64,000 bases of DNA, from NCBI GenBank assembly GCA_964016885.1, contig OZ024759.1:8308001-8372000 (forward strand), read 5' to 3'. Both the position numbers and the translations under genes were made by a program. Each line of letters begins with the position of its first letter. Positions within the stretch are counted from its first letter, which is position 1. Below the pieces are notes generated by a model. The model ran no database searches. It had not been told where the DNA came from and was given only the letters and a program-made list of their open reading frames with translations. Source of the DNA: Eledone cirrhosa. Its lineage: Eukaryota. Shown here in pieces: positions 29,082-44,963 of the stretch.

Positions 29082-30120
29082 AAAACAACAGGGTTTACCG
29101 TTTAAGGGGTGACTGGAGAACTAAATAAATAAAACCCTAAAAGACACAACAACAGGGTTTACCGTTTAAGGGGTGACTGGAGAACTAAATAAATAAAACC
29201 CTAACAAACACAACAACAGGGTTTACCGTTTGAGGGGTGACTGGAGAACTAAATAAATAAAACCTTAACAAACACAACAACAGGGTTTACCGTTTAAGGG
29301 GTGACTGGAGAACTAAATAAATAAAACCCTAACAAACACAACAACAGGGTTTACCGTTTAAGGGGTGACTGGAGAACTAAATAAATAACACCCTAACAAA
29401 CACAACAACAGGGTTTACCGTTTAAGGGGTGACTGGAGAACTAAATAAATAAAACCCTAACAAACACAACAACAGGGTTTACCGTTTGAGGGGTGACTGG
29501 AGAACTAAATAAATAAAACCCTAACAAACACAACAGGGTTTACCGTTTAAGGGGTGACTGGAGAACTAAATAAATAAAACCCTAACAAACACAACAACAG
29601 GGTTTACCGTTTAAGGGGTGACTGGAGAACTAAATAAATAAAACCCTAACAAACACAACAACAGGGTTAACCGTTTGAGGGGTGACTGGAGAACTAAATA
29701 AATAAAACCCTAACAAATACAACAACAGGGTTTACCGTTTAAGGGGTGGAAGGAGGACTAAAATAAAACCCTAAAAGACACAACAACAGGGTTTTTGCCG
29801 TTTAAGGGGTGGCAGGAGGACTAAATAAATAAAACCCTAAAAGACACAACAACAGGGGTGACTGGAGAAATAAATAAATAAAACCCTAAAAGACACAACA
29901 ACAGGGTTTACCGTTTAAGGGGTGACAGGAGGACTAAATAAATAAAACCCTAACAAACACAACAGGGTTTACCGTCTAAGGGGTGACTGGAAAACTAAAT
30001 ATATAAAACCCTAACAAACACAACAGGGTTTACCGTCTAAGGGGTGACTGGAGAACTAAATATATAAAACCCTAACAAACACAACAGTCTAAGGGGTGAC
30101 TGGAGAACTAAATAAATAAA
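29082..30120. repeat. ~64-bp tandem array (~16 copies) containing CCCTAA
   Basis: ACAACAGGGTTTACCGTTTAAGGGGTGACTGGAGAACTAAATAAATAAAACCCTAACAAACACA; period 64 measured 29091-29155-29219. Confidence 0.95.
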
Positions 30121-30529
30121 TAAAACAAATACACAACAACAACAATCGGATTAAAAATAATTAAGGTGCGTTACCAGAGAAATTATAGGATGTTTATAGT
30201 ATATTATAGGATTACCATAATATATAGTAAAGAGGGTTGGTGGTGGGGTGTTCGGGGGAAGAGATTAGTCAGGCCAAGGGGAGAAAGGATAGTATTTATA
30301 TTGATTCCTTAAAGGATGTTTACATTTGAGCAAGAAATTCGATCCTTTCCCCCGCCTCTTTCAGGGTTCTTGTGACGTCAATATATGCTGAAATAGGGGA
30401 CCACTCTTTTGAATGGCGGTGGGGGGGGCGGGGATGTATCACAATTATACCGCAGACGCTTGAATCATCATCATCATCATCATCATTATCATTATCATCA
30501 ATAATAATAATAATAAAATTAATAATAAT

Positions 30530-30715
30530 AATTGTTTCTATTTTAGGCACAAGGCCAGCAATTCACCAGTACATTACTGGTACTTTATTTTATCGACCCC
30601 GTAAGGATGAAAGGCAAAGTTAACGTCGGCGGGATTTGAACTCAGACCGTAAAGAGCCGTAACTCTATGCTGGAAAGCATGGCGTCCGACCCTCTACCCA
30701 TACTGCCAATCCATC
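30530..30715 (-). mobile_element. SINE family A
   Basis: Full match to family A. Confidence 0.85.
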
Positions 30716-30724
30716 GCCCTAAAA

Positions 30725-33700
30725 TTAATAATAATAATGGTTTCATTTATTGGCCACAAGGGCCGGCATGTAGGGGACAGTACAAAAGACGGGGACAGTG
30801 GGGGTTTACATATACAACGTGTAAAAAATAGGAAAACAATAACAAGAAACAAGAAAAATACAAGAATGAAAATTCCCCGATAAGGGGAATAACCACCCAG
30901 GGTTGATCCAGGTACCCAACCAATCCTGAACCACCCGACGTTTTGAGGGCACCCGGGAAGGGTAACCCTCTCCTTGATAACCACCCAGGGATGATTGAGG
31001 TACCCCCACCAATCCTGAACCACCCGACGCTTCGAGGGCACCTGTCAAGGACACTCCTCCTCCTCAAATTCACCCACCTACAGGCGCATGGTCAGAGTGG
31101 GCCCACTCACACGTGCCATTCTCTCCACATTCACCCACCTTTCAGCAAATGTACTGGGGGGGGGAGGCAGCACTTCTCTCTCCACCCTCACCTTCCTTTC
31201 CAGGTGAAACTTGAAGAAGTTGATGAGGGATTGGCCAAAGAGAAATGTGTCTGTCTTCAGTCTTTTTAACCTCGTCCACCATATAACCTCTTTCGCTACT
31301 GCCACCAGACAGAGAAAAATTGCCTGCTCTTCCTGACCTAAGGAAGGCGGCGGGTCGATCTTCACTATGGACTCGACCAATAGCCGGATCTGTTCTACAC
31401 GCGACAACAGCTGTTCGACATAACTCCACAAGTCAGTAATGCACGGACAAAGGGCGAGTGTGTGCAGAACGGTTTCGTCGCTCTGCACGCATCTCGGGCA
31501 GGTCCGTCTGACAGCACTTCCGTGCCTGTAGAGTTTATCTCGAACTAGCAATGCCCCCCTGTAGCACTGCCAAGCAAGGGATTTCTGGAAGTTATATATC
31601 GTCTCTGGTTCGAAAGTCCTCCGGAACAGACTGGAACAGAGCCTCTCCGAGTCGCACTTCCCACCACTAATCCTCTATAGACCTCTAGAGTGGAAGTTCC
31701 ACTGACCGCATTGCCCGCCTGGTAGAGGGCAGTGAGTACCTGTCAACATTTCAGATGCCAGTCACCCAGTCTCTTGACCCAGGACTGCAGCTCGGTCAAA
31801 GAGACGAGCTGCGGAAAGGCCCGTCTGACAAACGGTGACCACGCCTGTTCACCGTTTAGGCAGAATATCTGGAGATGCCGCAGCCTCAGCGCCTGTTTGC
31901 TCATCATTAAGCCACGGCATACCTAGCCCTCCACGTAGAGGGTGCTGGCAGCAGATGATCCATCTCACCAACGGAACCTGTCCCCTCCACAAGAATTTGA
32001 AGAGGAGCCGTTCCAACTTGGTGAAGCGCGAACGAGGGTAAGGGACGACAGTCAGGCGGTAGTAGATGACGGACGCGATGCACGCATTCTCCACCTCGGC
32101 TCGACCTTTCAGTGATAGCTTCCTCGCAGCTCATTTCTAGGTGAGACTGGCTACCCTGCTCGTTACCTCGTCCCAATTCTTTTCCATCTGGAGGTCTGGT
32201 CCGAGCCAAACCCTGAGCAACTTTACCGGTCCGTCTGTCCAGCTCCCAATGACGCTGTTGGAAGACATTGACTTGCCTTTCCAGTTGATAAGCTGCAATC
32301 CCACCGACTTTTCCGGGTTAAGTTTTGCTCCCGTCAACCTTTCATATTCCTCCAATAAGTTGCCGACCACCTCGATTTCTGAGGTGTCCGACACCATCAC
32401 GGTGATGTCGTCCGCAGAAGCCGACAGAGCCTTTCCACGTCCTGGTTCGAGCGGGATGCACTCCAACAGATCCAGCTTCCACAGAAAAGGCTCGAGAGTC
32501 AATGCGTACAGAAGGGAGGAGAGAGGACACCCTTGATAGACCGATCAGGAGACCCGAAACGGTTCCGAGAGGTGGCCATTAACTTTGACCACCGAGCATA
32601 TGCGGCTGTGCATTGCAGCGATTCAGCTTCTGAAGACAGGACCGAAACCAGCTGCCTGGAGGACAGCCTCCAAGTACTGATGGTCGACCCTATCGAATGC
32701 TTTCGATTGATCTAAATTGATCAGCGCCCCACCGAAGCCAGGTTTACACCCACCCTCTCTATGATGTATCACATGAGGTTGAGGTTGTCGTGTATGGATC
32801 CTCGACAAGTGCCAACCTCTTTGTTAACACCTTAGCCTGTTGTTGACGACTTCCCTTGTCGACTTTATTTTTAACTAAATTGTTGACCCGGTCCCTGTAA
32901 GCCTTACGTGCCGGAAATGACATGCTCAGCTTCCACTAACCAGGTCCTAACCTACGCGTCTTATCTAGGTCGACCATACAGATGACAAACTTGTGATCTG
33001 AATAGGCGACCGTTTTAAAACGTGGACAGCTTACACTATTTCCATTTATTTTCCTAATGAAAACCCTGTCTATATTCGATCTAGATGACCCTATGCGGTT
33101 GGTCCAGGTTCACATAGGCGCATTAGGGAAATCTAGTCGGTACCTGTCAGACAGTTGGAACTGGCTGATTAGGTGCTTGAGGCTTTTGCACCCCCCGCTC
33201 CTATCAGCTACTCCCACACAATCTCAGCATGCGTCTAGGATGCCGTTCCAGTCCCCCGCTAACAGTAGAGGGCGAGACGTACCCAGAAAGGCTTCTAGGC
33301 ACCTAAAGAAATCCGGCCGTTCGGCCCAGGTAAGGGCGTAGACGGCGACCAGTCTAAAGGCACCACCTTCGCTATTGTTCACATCCAGGACCACCAACTT
33401 ACCGTCCGGGTCCCGGATGATAGACCTTACCTCGAGATCCAGACCTTTCCTAAACAGCACTGCCACCCCACCTCCCATTTCCGGCCGACTAACAGATACG
33501 AAGATCTGATAGTCGTCGAAAATGAGGGCTAGTGTGCGTGTGTCAGAAATCTTGGTCTCGCTAACGGCAATTACATCCATTTCTAGAGACCTGAGGTCGT
33601 TGATCAGGTGACTCTGCTTCCAGCGCGACCCCAGGCCACGAACATTTAAACTCCCTACTCTTAATATGGCCATGTTGGCCGGCTAAAAGAGAGAGGAAAG

Positions 33701-34804
33701 GTTTACTTACCTCCCGGGGTCTTGTGAGGTCGGATTGTTTTGGGGAACCTCTTTAAGTCTCGGTGTGGGTCCCGAGGAAAGCTGTCTCGAATTCCTTTGT
33801 TGAGTTTTTTTCCTTTTTGTGTTTTCTTTTTTGTTTTGGGGATATTTTGGTTTTCCCTCAACTTCACTACTGGAAGACGATGGGTCTATGTCTGTGTGTG
33901 TGTTTATGTTTTTATTGATGTTTGTATTTTGAGGGGGAGGGGGAATTTGACAACTTTCCTCGCCCCCCCCCCCCCCCCCCCCTGGGTGGTCAATGTTGGT
34001 GTTGGTGTTTCTATTGGTGTTGTTGCTGGTGGGTTTTCCGGTGCTGGTGTTGATGGTGGTCCTCCCCCCGCGTCGGCAGCAGTGGAGACCTTCGACCCCT
34101 TGCACCTTTCAGCAGTTGAGGGCAGAAGGCTCACAAATGGGTTGTTTCTCCGCAAACAAAACAATGCGGCCTTTTGCTCTCAGTCATAATGTGAATGACC
34201 GTCCCATTCTGAAGACGGATGTGGTCCGAGATTGTTTTGACATTCTCCGGCCTGATCTGGAGAAGTATCTCCAGGTCAACCTCGGACCAGTCCTCTCTAG
34301 CAGTTCTTGTAAACTCTATAGAAACGGTATCCGTCCCCTCCACAATCCCGCATCCCAGGAGCCATCAGATGTCAAGTCCTTGTAGAATCCCGAGAATACG
34401 GACACCAGCTGTTCGTTTTCCCATATGGAAGGGGTACATTATGACTTTGCTGGTTTTGTAAGGAGTCATTGTATGTTTTAGAGCGGGGGCTTCTGACTTA
34501 AACAGCACCGAAATGGTGCCATATTGTCTGCCCTTCGCTATGTACTCGGTGTCATCCCTGATGCACCTCAGCGTGGCTTCAACATATGCTTGTGCAATTA
34601 AAGCTGCCCTCTTGGTTTCTGCTGAGATGCATCTGTACTGCACCGTTCTGCGCTTCACTGCTTCAATAGCTTCTACCGTGACAGTTAAGTTGGCCCAGGT
34701 TTGCTCTTGTTTGATGAGCTTCCAGGCCTGGGCCAACTTTTCATCTTTATTCGTGAGGTCCATGCTGAAGCATGGCCTCTTTTCGACTGCAGCCGCAGTG
34801 AAAG

Positions 34805-34835
<31 letters not shown>

Positions 34836-35125
34836 GTTACTGTAGTCGCTGTTGCTGTCTGTTCTATATTTGCTGCTGCAGTTGCTGTTGGTGCTGTTAA
34901 TTTTGTTGTTGTTGCTGTCGTTGTTTCTGTTGTCTGATTTTTTGGTTGTTTCTGCTGTGTTCGGTGTTGTCATTTCTCTTTAGGTTATTGTTCTCACTGT
35001 TGCGGTTGTCACTGCCGTGGCTCATGTTGTTTGTGGTGGTGTTTGTTGTATGTGTTAGCCGTATCCCTCCTCTCAACGTTTATCCGCTGTCACACGACAG
35101 CAGACTTACCGTCAGTGTGTGTGAG
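30725..35125 (-). mobile_element. L1/Tx1-clade LINE, end-to-end but internally deleted and pseudogenised (ORF1 ~34973-33707; ORF2 33673-31078)
   Basis: APE: GSLNVRGL, VIAVSETK, AGDWN; RT: LDQSKAFDRVDH, QGCPLS, SADDIT; GGLGMP; C-terminal CPRC..ETVLH..C; ORF1 CFVCGETTHL knuckle; AATAAA and (ATT)n 3' end. Confidence 0.9.
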
Positions 35126-35389
35126 GGGGGGGGGGGGGGGGGGGGCTTAGCCATGTTTTTTTTTCTTGATTAATTTTTTTTTTTATGTACACATAGTTCA
35201 AATATTTGGGCCAAAATGCCGAAATATTATAGCGTCTCCACTTCACGGGGCAAAGCCGGAAATCTTACGACCCTTTTTCAAAATATATTGCAATTAATAC
35301 AATTGAAAAAAAGTCTTGAAATTCACTACCTTGTGGAGATCACAGAAAACACGTCTTCACAATTTAGTAGGAAGGAAAAGTCGATTAAA

Positions 35390-35680
35390 TTAACCCAGCT
35401 CAATACTGGTACTTTATTTCACCGATCCCCGTAAGAATGAAAAGTGAAGCTAACTACGGCGAGATTTCAACTCCAAAGGACGTAACTATATGCCACAAAG
35501 TATGTTTTTCGGCGCTCGACTGATTCTGCCAATCCAACGCCAACACCAACAGAAGATGAGGAGAATGGCTAATGAGTGGGATGGACAGTGTTCCGACCCT
35601 TTACCTTGTGAGTTCAAATACCGCCGAGGTCATCTTTACCTTTTATTCTGTCAGGAACTGGCACATGGCACATATTACTG
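35390..35680. mobile_element. Two diverged SINE family A copies, head to head
   Basis: GGTACTTTATTT..CCCCGTAAGAATGAAA (-) and GAGTTCAAATACCGCCGAGG (+). Confidence 0.6.
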
Positions 35681-35984
35681 GGTTGTTTGTGTCAAAGAGG
35701 TAGATGGAGACTTAACGTAATTGTTAGCAAGATTCAGTATGAATCGATATATTTCAAGGACGGAACTCTGAATTACCGATACAGTTCACTTGGGGTTGAA
35801 ATATAGGTTTTGGTGGAGCCAAATACTCAGGGAAATGGCCTTCATGTTAAGGAGGAGGACGAAACACATATATATATATACATGTATATATACATATATA
35901 TATATATAAATGAGCGGAGCAAGCAATTATCAAACAATCTTTTAAATAAATTAAAAAACGATTTAAATATTCACCTGTTCTATT

Positions 35985-36064
35985 GCTGTTACCGACGGTT
36001 TCACTAATCAAAAGATTGGAAATCCAGAGAATTTCCAATGGAAATAATTAGATCTTCAGACAGC
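35985..36064 (-). ncRNA. Hammerhead ribozyme with extended helix II
   Basis: gctgt-CUGAAGA-u cuaau..auuggaaau ucucugg auuuccaau..auuag u-GAAA-ccgucgg-UA-acagc. Confidence 0.87.
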
Positions 36065-36225
36065 TATTTCCATACCATAAGGGTGCAAATCTCATAGTAA
36101 GTCAATATTTCGCTTACTGCCCGACGCATGCGGTCAAGCCGTTAAAGTGACGCACACGCAAAATTAGGCCACAATTAAAAGCTGGTTATTATAAACTTGT
36201 TGATCATGCCACTAAAAATAGCTAT

Positions 36226-36278
<53 letters not shown>

Positions 36279-36427
36279 TGTAATAAACAACATAAGGCAA
36301 TTATTTCATTTACCAGAGGTTTCTTAAAAGCAAAAAAAGGTTGCTTTCAATCATCAGAATGAAAAAATCCTGGCGTATTTATTGATGTTGGATTTTAAAA
36401 ACAAAAATGCAATCTGTCTCTCCCTCA

Positions 36428-36477
<50 letters not shown>

Positions 36478-36484
<7 letters not shown>

Positions 36485-37017
36485 AAGAATGAAGAGTAAC
36501 ATGGTTGGCTGTACAATAAGGGCTTTATATAAAGTACTGACAATTGTTTCGTTGATCATTTGGGTCTAGAGTTCGCTAATCGCTTAATGTTGCGTTATTC
36601 GATCTCCAATACATTATTCACCTATGTTCAACTTTTATGTACCCTATCTTATATTCTACTTTTACTTTTTACATCTGTAACTTCTCTACATATTTACCAT
36701 ACATATATTATTATTGATGTTGTGGTTTATATTATACGCTAATTCTCTATATAAGTCTTACCTCCAGTGAATTATTTCAATATCTACATGCTCTGATGTG
36801 TTGACCAGAGGTAAATAATGTATTGGAGATCGAATGACGCAACCTCAGGCGATTAGCGACCTCTAGACTCAGCTGATCAACGAAACAATTGTCAGTACTT
36901 TAAATAAAGCCCTTCTTGTACAGCCAACCATGTTCTCTTCTTTCTTTAACTATTAATACTCCAAGTTTAACCTACATAGGAATTACCGCTCTGCCGTCGG
37001 GGTTATACATTTTCCTA
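36478..37017. mobile_element. Palindromic Penelope-like element with CUGAUCA hammerhead variant
   Basis: Arms ~36478-36618 / ~36815-36952. Confidence 0.75.
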
Positions 37018-38693
<1,676 letters not shown>

Positions 38694-38790
38694 AGCTATC
38701 TGTTTTAGCCATAACCACATTCCACGAGATATCTTTTGATGTTTGCCAATTCTCACTAATTTCACACTTAAAATATTTCCATCAAATTTT

Positions 38791-38832
<42 letters not shown>

Positions 38833-39119
38833 TTGTTGTTGTTGTTGTTGTCGGTGGTGGTGGTGGTATTGTTCTTACTGCTGTTGTTGTTATTACTCTT
38901 GTTGTTGTTATTGTTGTTATTGTTGTTATTGGTGTTACTCTTATTCTTTCTCTTCTTCTTTATTATATTTATTCAAAAGCAAAAAAAAAGTTATTTAGTA
39001 ATAAAAAATAAAAAAAGGGGAAACAAAAGGAAAGAAAGAATAGGGAAAGAAAGAAGAAAAAGAGTGAGAAGGTGAGTTGGCAGAAGAGAGGGGGGGGGGG
39101 GGGGGGTTATGTGAAATAA

Positions 39120-42100
39120 ACCTCCATCAGTTCCGTAAGTGTTCCCGCTCTTTCAACGGAACAACCTGTTTATAAAATTAACGTGAAACTGGCTGAGTAT
39201 TCCACAGACACCTGCAGCCTCAGCATAATACTCAGGGAGATTTGACGTTGACAATTCTGATGGGTTGGTCCTTTGAATTGCAATGTGAAATAAAGTGTCT
39301 TGCTCAAGGACACAGTGGACTGGAGCAACGTGAAATAAAGTGTCTTGTTCAAGGACACAATGGACTGGAGCAACGTGAAATAAAGTGTCTTGCTCAAGGA
39401 CACAGTGGACTGGAGCAATGTGAAATAAAGTGTCTTGCTCAAGGTCACAGTAGACTGGAGCAATGTGAAATAAAGTGTCTTGCTCAAGGACACAGTAGAC
39501 TGGAGCAACGTGAAATAAAGTGTCTTGCTCAAGGACACAGTGGACTGGAGCAATGTGAAATAAAGTGTCTTGCTCATGGACACGGTGGACTGGAGCAACG
39601 TGAAATAAAGTGTCTTGCTCAAGGACACAGTAGACTGGAGCAACGTGAAATAAAGTGTCTTGCTCAAGGACACATTGGACTGGAGCAATGTGAAATAAAG
39701 TGTCTTTCTCAAGGACACAATGGACTAGAGCAATGTGAAATAAAGTGTCTTGCTCAAGGACACAGTGGACTGGAGCAACGTGTAATAAAGTGTCTTGCTC
39801 AAGGACACAGTGGACTGGAGCAATGTGAAATAAAGTGTCTTGCTCAAGGACACAGTGGACTGGAGCAACGTGAAATAAAGTGTCTTGCTCAAGGACACAG
39901 TGGACTGGAGCAACGTGTAATAAAGTGTCTTGTCAAGGACACAGTGGACTGGAGCAATGTGAAATAAAGTGTCTTGCTCAAGGACACAGTGGACTGGAGC
40001 AACGTGAAATAAAGTGTCTTGCTCAAGGACACATTGGACTGGAGCAATGTGAAATAAAGTGTCTTTCTCAAGGACACAATGGACTAGAGCAACGTGAAAT
40101 AAAGTGTCTTTCTCAAGGACACAATGGACTGGAGCAACATGAAATAAAGTGTCTTGCTCAAGGACACAGTGGACTGGAGCAATGTGAAATAAAGTGTCTT
40201 GCTCAAGGACACAGTGGACTGGAGCAATGTGAAATAAAGTGTCTTGCTCAAGGACACAGTAGACTGGGGCAACGTGAAATAAAGTGTCTTGCTCAAGTAC
40301 ACAGTGGACTGGAGCAACGTGAAATAAAGTGTCTTGCTCAAGGACACAATGGACTGGAGCAACGTGAAATAAAGTGTCTTGTTCAAGGACACAGTGGACT
40401 GGAGCAATGTGAAATAAAGTGTCTTGCTCAAGGACACAGTGGACTGGAGCAACGTGAAATAAAGTGTCTTGCTCAAGTACACAGTGGACTGGAGCAATGT
40501 GAAATAAATTGTCTTGCTCAAGGACACAGTGGACTGGAGCAATGTGAAATAAAGTGTCTTGCTCAAGGACACAATGGACTGGAGCAACGTGAAATAAAGT
40601 GTCTTGCTCAAGGACACAGTGGACTGGAGCAACGTGAAATAAAGTGTCTTGCTCAAGGACACAGTGGACTGGAGCAATGTGAAATAAAGTGTCTTGCTCA
40701 AGGACACAGTGGACTGGAGCAACGTGAAATAAAGTGTCTTGCTCAAGGACACAATGGACTGGAGCAACGTGAAATAAAGTGTCTTGCTCAAGGACACAAT
40801 GGACTGGAGCAACGTGAAATAAAGTGTCTTGCTCAAGTACACAGTGGAGTGGAGCAACGTGAAATAAAGTGTCTTGCTCAAGTACACAGTGGAGTGGAGC
40901 AACGTGAAATAAAGTGTCTTGCTCAAGGACACAGTGGACTGGAGCAACGTGAGATGAAGTGTCTTGCTCAAGGACACAGTGGACTGGAGCAACGTGAAAT
41001 AAAGTGTCTTGCTCAAGGACACAGTGGACTGGAGCAATGTGAAATAAAGTGTCTTGCTCAAGGACACGGTGGACTGGAGCAATGTGAGATGAAGTGTCTT
41101 GCTCAAGGACACAGTGGACTGGAGCAACGTGAAATAAAGTGTCTTGCTCAAGGACACAGTGGACTGGAGCAATGTGAAATAAAGTGTCTTGTTCAAGGAC
41201 ACAATGGACTGGAGCAACGTGAAATAAAGTGTCTTGCTCAAGGACACAGTGGACTGGAGCAACGTGAAATAAAGTGTCTTGTTCAAGGACACAGTGGACT
41301 GGAGCAATGTGAACTGAAGTGTCTTGTTCAAGGACACAATGGACTGGAGCAACGTGAAATAAAGTGTCTTGCTCAAGGACACAGTGGACTGGAGCAACGT
41401 GAGATGAAGTGTCTTGCTAAAGGACACAATGGACTGGAGCAATGTGAAATAAAGTGTCTTGTTCAAGGACACAATGGACTGGAGCAACGTGAAATAAAGT
41501 GTCTTGTTCAAGGACACAATGTACTGGAGCAACGTGAAATAAAGTGTCTTGTTCAAGGACACAGTGGACTGGAGCAACGTGAGATGAAGTGTCTTGCTCA
41601 AGGACACAATGGACTGGAGCAATGTGAAATAAAGTGTCTTGTTCAAGGACACAATGGACTGGAGCAACGTGAAGTGAAGTGTCTTGCTCAAGGACACAGT
41701 GGACTGGAGCAATGTGAACTGAAGTGTCTTGGTCAAGGACACAATGGACTGGAGCAACGTGAAATAAAGTGTCTTGTTCAAGGACACATTGGACTGGAGC
41801 AATGTGAAATAAAGTGTCTTTCTCAAGGACACAATGGACTAGAGCAACGTGAAATAAAGTGTCTTTCTCAAGGACACAATGGACTGGAGCAACATGAAAT
41901 AAAGTGTCTTGCTCAAGGACACAGTGGACTGGAGCAATGTGAAATAAAGTGTCTTGCTCAAGGACACAGTGGACTGGAGCAATGTGAAATAAAGTGTCTT
42001 GCTCAAGGACACAGTAGACTGGGGCAACGTGAAATAAAGTGTCTTGCTCAAGTACACAGTGGACTGGAGCAACGTGAAATAAAGTGTCTTGCTCAAGGAC

Positions 42101-44830
42101 ACAATGGACTGGAGCAACGTGAAATAAAGTGTCTTGTTCAAGGACACAGTGGACTGGAGCAATGTGAAATAAAGTGTCTTGCTCAAGGACACAGTGGACT
42201 GGAGCAACGTGAAATAAAGTGTCTTGCTCAAGTACACAGTGGACTGGAGCAATGTGAAATAAATTGTCTTGCTCAAGGACACAGTGGACTGGAGCAATGT
42301 GAAATAAAGTGTCTTGCTCAAGGACACAATGGACTGGAGCAACGTGAAATAAAGTGTCTTGCTCAAGGACACAGTGGACTGGAGCAACGTGAAATAAAGT
42401 GTCTTGCTCAAGGACACAGTGGACTGGAGCAATGTGAAATAAAGTGTCTTGCTCAAGGACACAGTGGACTGGAGCAACGTGAAATAAAGTGTCTTGCTCA
42501 AGGACACAATGGACTGGAGCAACGTGAAATAAAGTGTCTTGCTCAAGGACACAATGGACTGGAGCAACGTGAAATAAAGTGTCTTGCTCAAGTACACAGT
42601 GGAGTGGAGCAACGTGAAATAAAGTGTCTTGCTCAAGTACACAGTGGAGTGGAGCAACGTGAAATAAAGTGTCTTGCTCAAGGACACAGTGGACTGGAGC
42701 AACGTGAGATGAAGTGTCTTGCTCAAGGACACAGTGGACTGGAGCAACGTGAAATAAAGTGTCTTGCTCAAGGACACAGTGGACTGGAGCAATGTGAAAT
42801 AAAGTGTCTTGCTCAAGGACACGGTGGACTGGAGCAATGTGAGATGAAGTGTCTTGCTCAAGGACACAGTGGACTGGAGCAACGTGAAATAAAGTGTCTT
42901 GCTCAAGGACACAGTGGACTGGAGCAATGTGAAATAAAGTGTCTTGTTCAAGGACACAATGGACTGGAGCAACGTGAAATAAAGTGTCTTGCTCAAGGAC
43001 ACAGTGGACTGGAGCAACGTGAAATAAAGTGTCTTGTTCAAGGACACAGTGGACTGGAGCAATGTGAACTGAAGTGTCTTGTTCAAGGACACAATGGACT
43101 GGAGCAACGTGAAATAAAGTGTCTTGCTCAAGGACACAGTGGACTGGAGCAACGTGAGATGAAGTGTCTTGCTAAAGGACACAATGGACTGGAGCAATGT
43201 GAAATAAAGTGTCTTGTTCAAGGACACAATGGACTGGAGCAACGTGAAATAAAGTGTCTTGTTCAAGGACACAATGTACTGGAGCAACGTGAAATAAAGT
43301 GTCTTGTTCAAGGACACAGTGGACTGGAGCAACGTGAGATGAAGTGTCTTGCTCAAGGACACAATGGACTGGAGCAATGTGAAATAAAGTGTCTTGTTCA
43401 AGGACACAATGGACTGGAGCAACGTGAAGTGAAGTGTCTTGCTCAAGGACACAGTGGACTGGAGCAATGTGAACTGAAGTGTCTTGGTCAAGGACACAAT
43501 GGACTGGAGCAACGTGAAATAAAGTGTCTTGTTCAAGGACACAATGGACTGGAGCAACGTGAAATAAAGTGTCTTGTTCAAGGACACAGTGGACTGGAGC
43601 AACGTGAGATGAAGTGTCTTGCTCAAGGACACAATGGACTGGAGCAATGTGAAATAAAGTGTCTTGTTCAAGGACACAATGGACTGGAGCAACGTGAAGT
43701 GAAGTGTCTTGTTCAAGGACACAGTGGACTGGAGCAATGTGAACTGAAGTGTCTTGGTCAAGGACACAATGGACTGGAGCAACGTGAAATAAAGTGTCTT
43801 GTTCAAGGACACAATGGACTGGAGCAATGTGAACTGAAGTGTCTTGCTTAAGGACACAGTGGACTGGAGCAACGTGAGATGAAGTGTCTTGCTCAAGGAC
43901 ACAATGGACTGGAGCAATGTGAAATAAAGTGTCTTGTTCAAGGACACAATGGACTGGAGCAACGTGAGATGAAGTGTCTTGTTCAAGGACACAATGGACT
44001 GGAGCAACGTGAAATAAAGTGTCTTGTTCAAGGACACAGTGGACTGGAGCAACGTGAACTGAAGTGTATTGCTCAAGGACACAGTGGACTGGAGCAACGT
44101 GAGATGAAGTGTCTTGCTCAAGGACACAATGGACTGGAGCAATGTGAAATAAAGTGTCTTGTTCAAGGACACAATGGACTGGAGCAACGTGAGATGAAGT
44201 GTCTTGTTCAAGGACACAATGGACTGGAGCAATGTGAAATAAAGTGTCTTGTTCAAGGACACAATGGACTGGAGCAACGTGAAATAAAGTGTCTTGTTCA
44301 AGGACACAATGGACTGGAGCAATGTGAACTGAAGTGTCTTGCTTAAGGACACAGTGGACTGGAGCAACGTGAGATGAAGTGTCTTGCTCAAGGACACAAT
44401 GGACTGGAGCAATGTGAAATAAAGTGTCTTGTTCAAGGACACAATGGACTGGAGCAACGTGAGATGAAGTGTCTTGCTCAAGGACACAATGGACTGGAGC
44501 AATGTGAAATAAAGTGTCTTGTTCAAGGACACAATGGACTGGAGCAACGTGAGATGAAGTGTCTTGTTCAAGGACACAATGGACTGGAGCAACGTGAAAT
44601 AAAGTGTCTTGCTCAAGGACACAGTGGACTGGAGCAACGTGAAATAAAGTGTCTTGTTCAAGGACACAGTGGACTGGAGCAACGTGAACTGAAGTGTCTT
44701 GTTCAAGGACACAATGGACTGCAGCAACGTGAGATGAAGTGTCTTGTTCAATGAGAGTGTGGACTGCCAAGAATCGAACTCCCGATCTTACGATTAATTT
44801 AACACTCTAATCATTAAGCTATTCCCCTTC
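39120..44830 (-). mobile_element. CORE-type SINE (family B) whose CORE region is amplified into a satellite
   Basis: tRNA-like head at 44765-44825 (-: ATAGCTTAATGATTAGAG..GGAGTTCGATTC); probable SINE body continues at 39120-39280. Confidence 0.7.
39281..44760. repeat. 45-bp tandem array (~120 copies) GAAATAAAGTGTCTTGCTCAAGGACACAGTGGACTGGAGCAACGT
   Basis: 15-aa repeating ORFs; unit matches the reverse complement of SINE B at 11762-11805. Confidence 0.97.
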
Positions 44831-44906
44831 CAACACACAAACGTATACGTAAATATATACATACACATACATAAACAAAGGTATACATACATGTATACAT
44901 ACATAT

Positions 44907-44963
<57 letters not shown>

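Noticed and set aside
36320-36362. CUGAUGA-uu-GAAA-gcaa..uugc-UU on the minus strand
   Set aside because: No helix II and no convincing helix I; counted only as degenerate
38791-38935. Poly-Cys/Leu and poly-His/Gln/Thr ORFs (also 47130-47295, 57176-57445)
   Set aside because: Trinucleotide microsatellites; no coding evidence on their own
39880-43851. 1323-aa ORF as a real gene
   Set aside because: Entirely a SINE-derived 45-bp array; open on both strands; interrupted by a frameshift and stops elsewhere in the array; no unique N- or C-terminal domain
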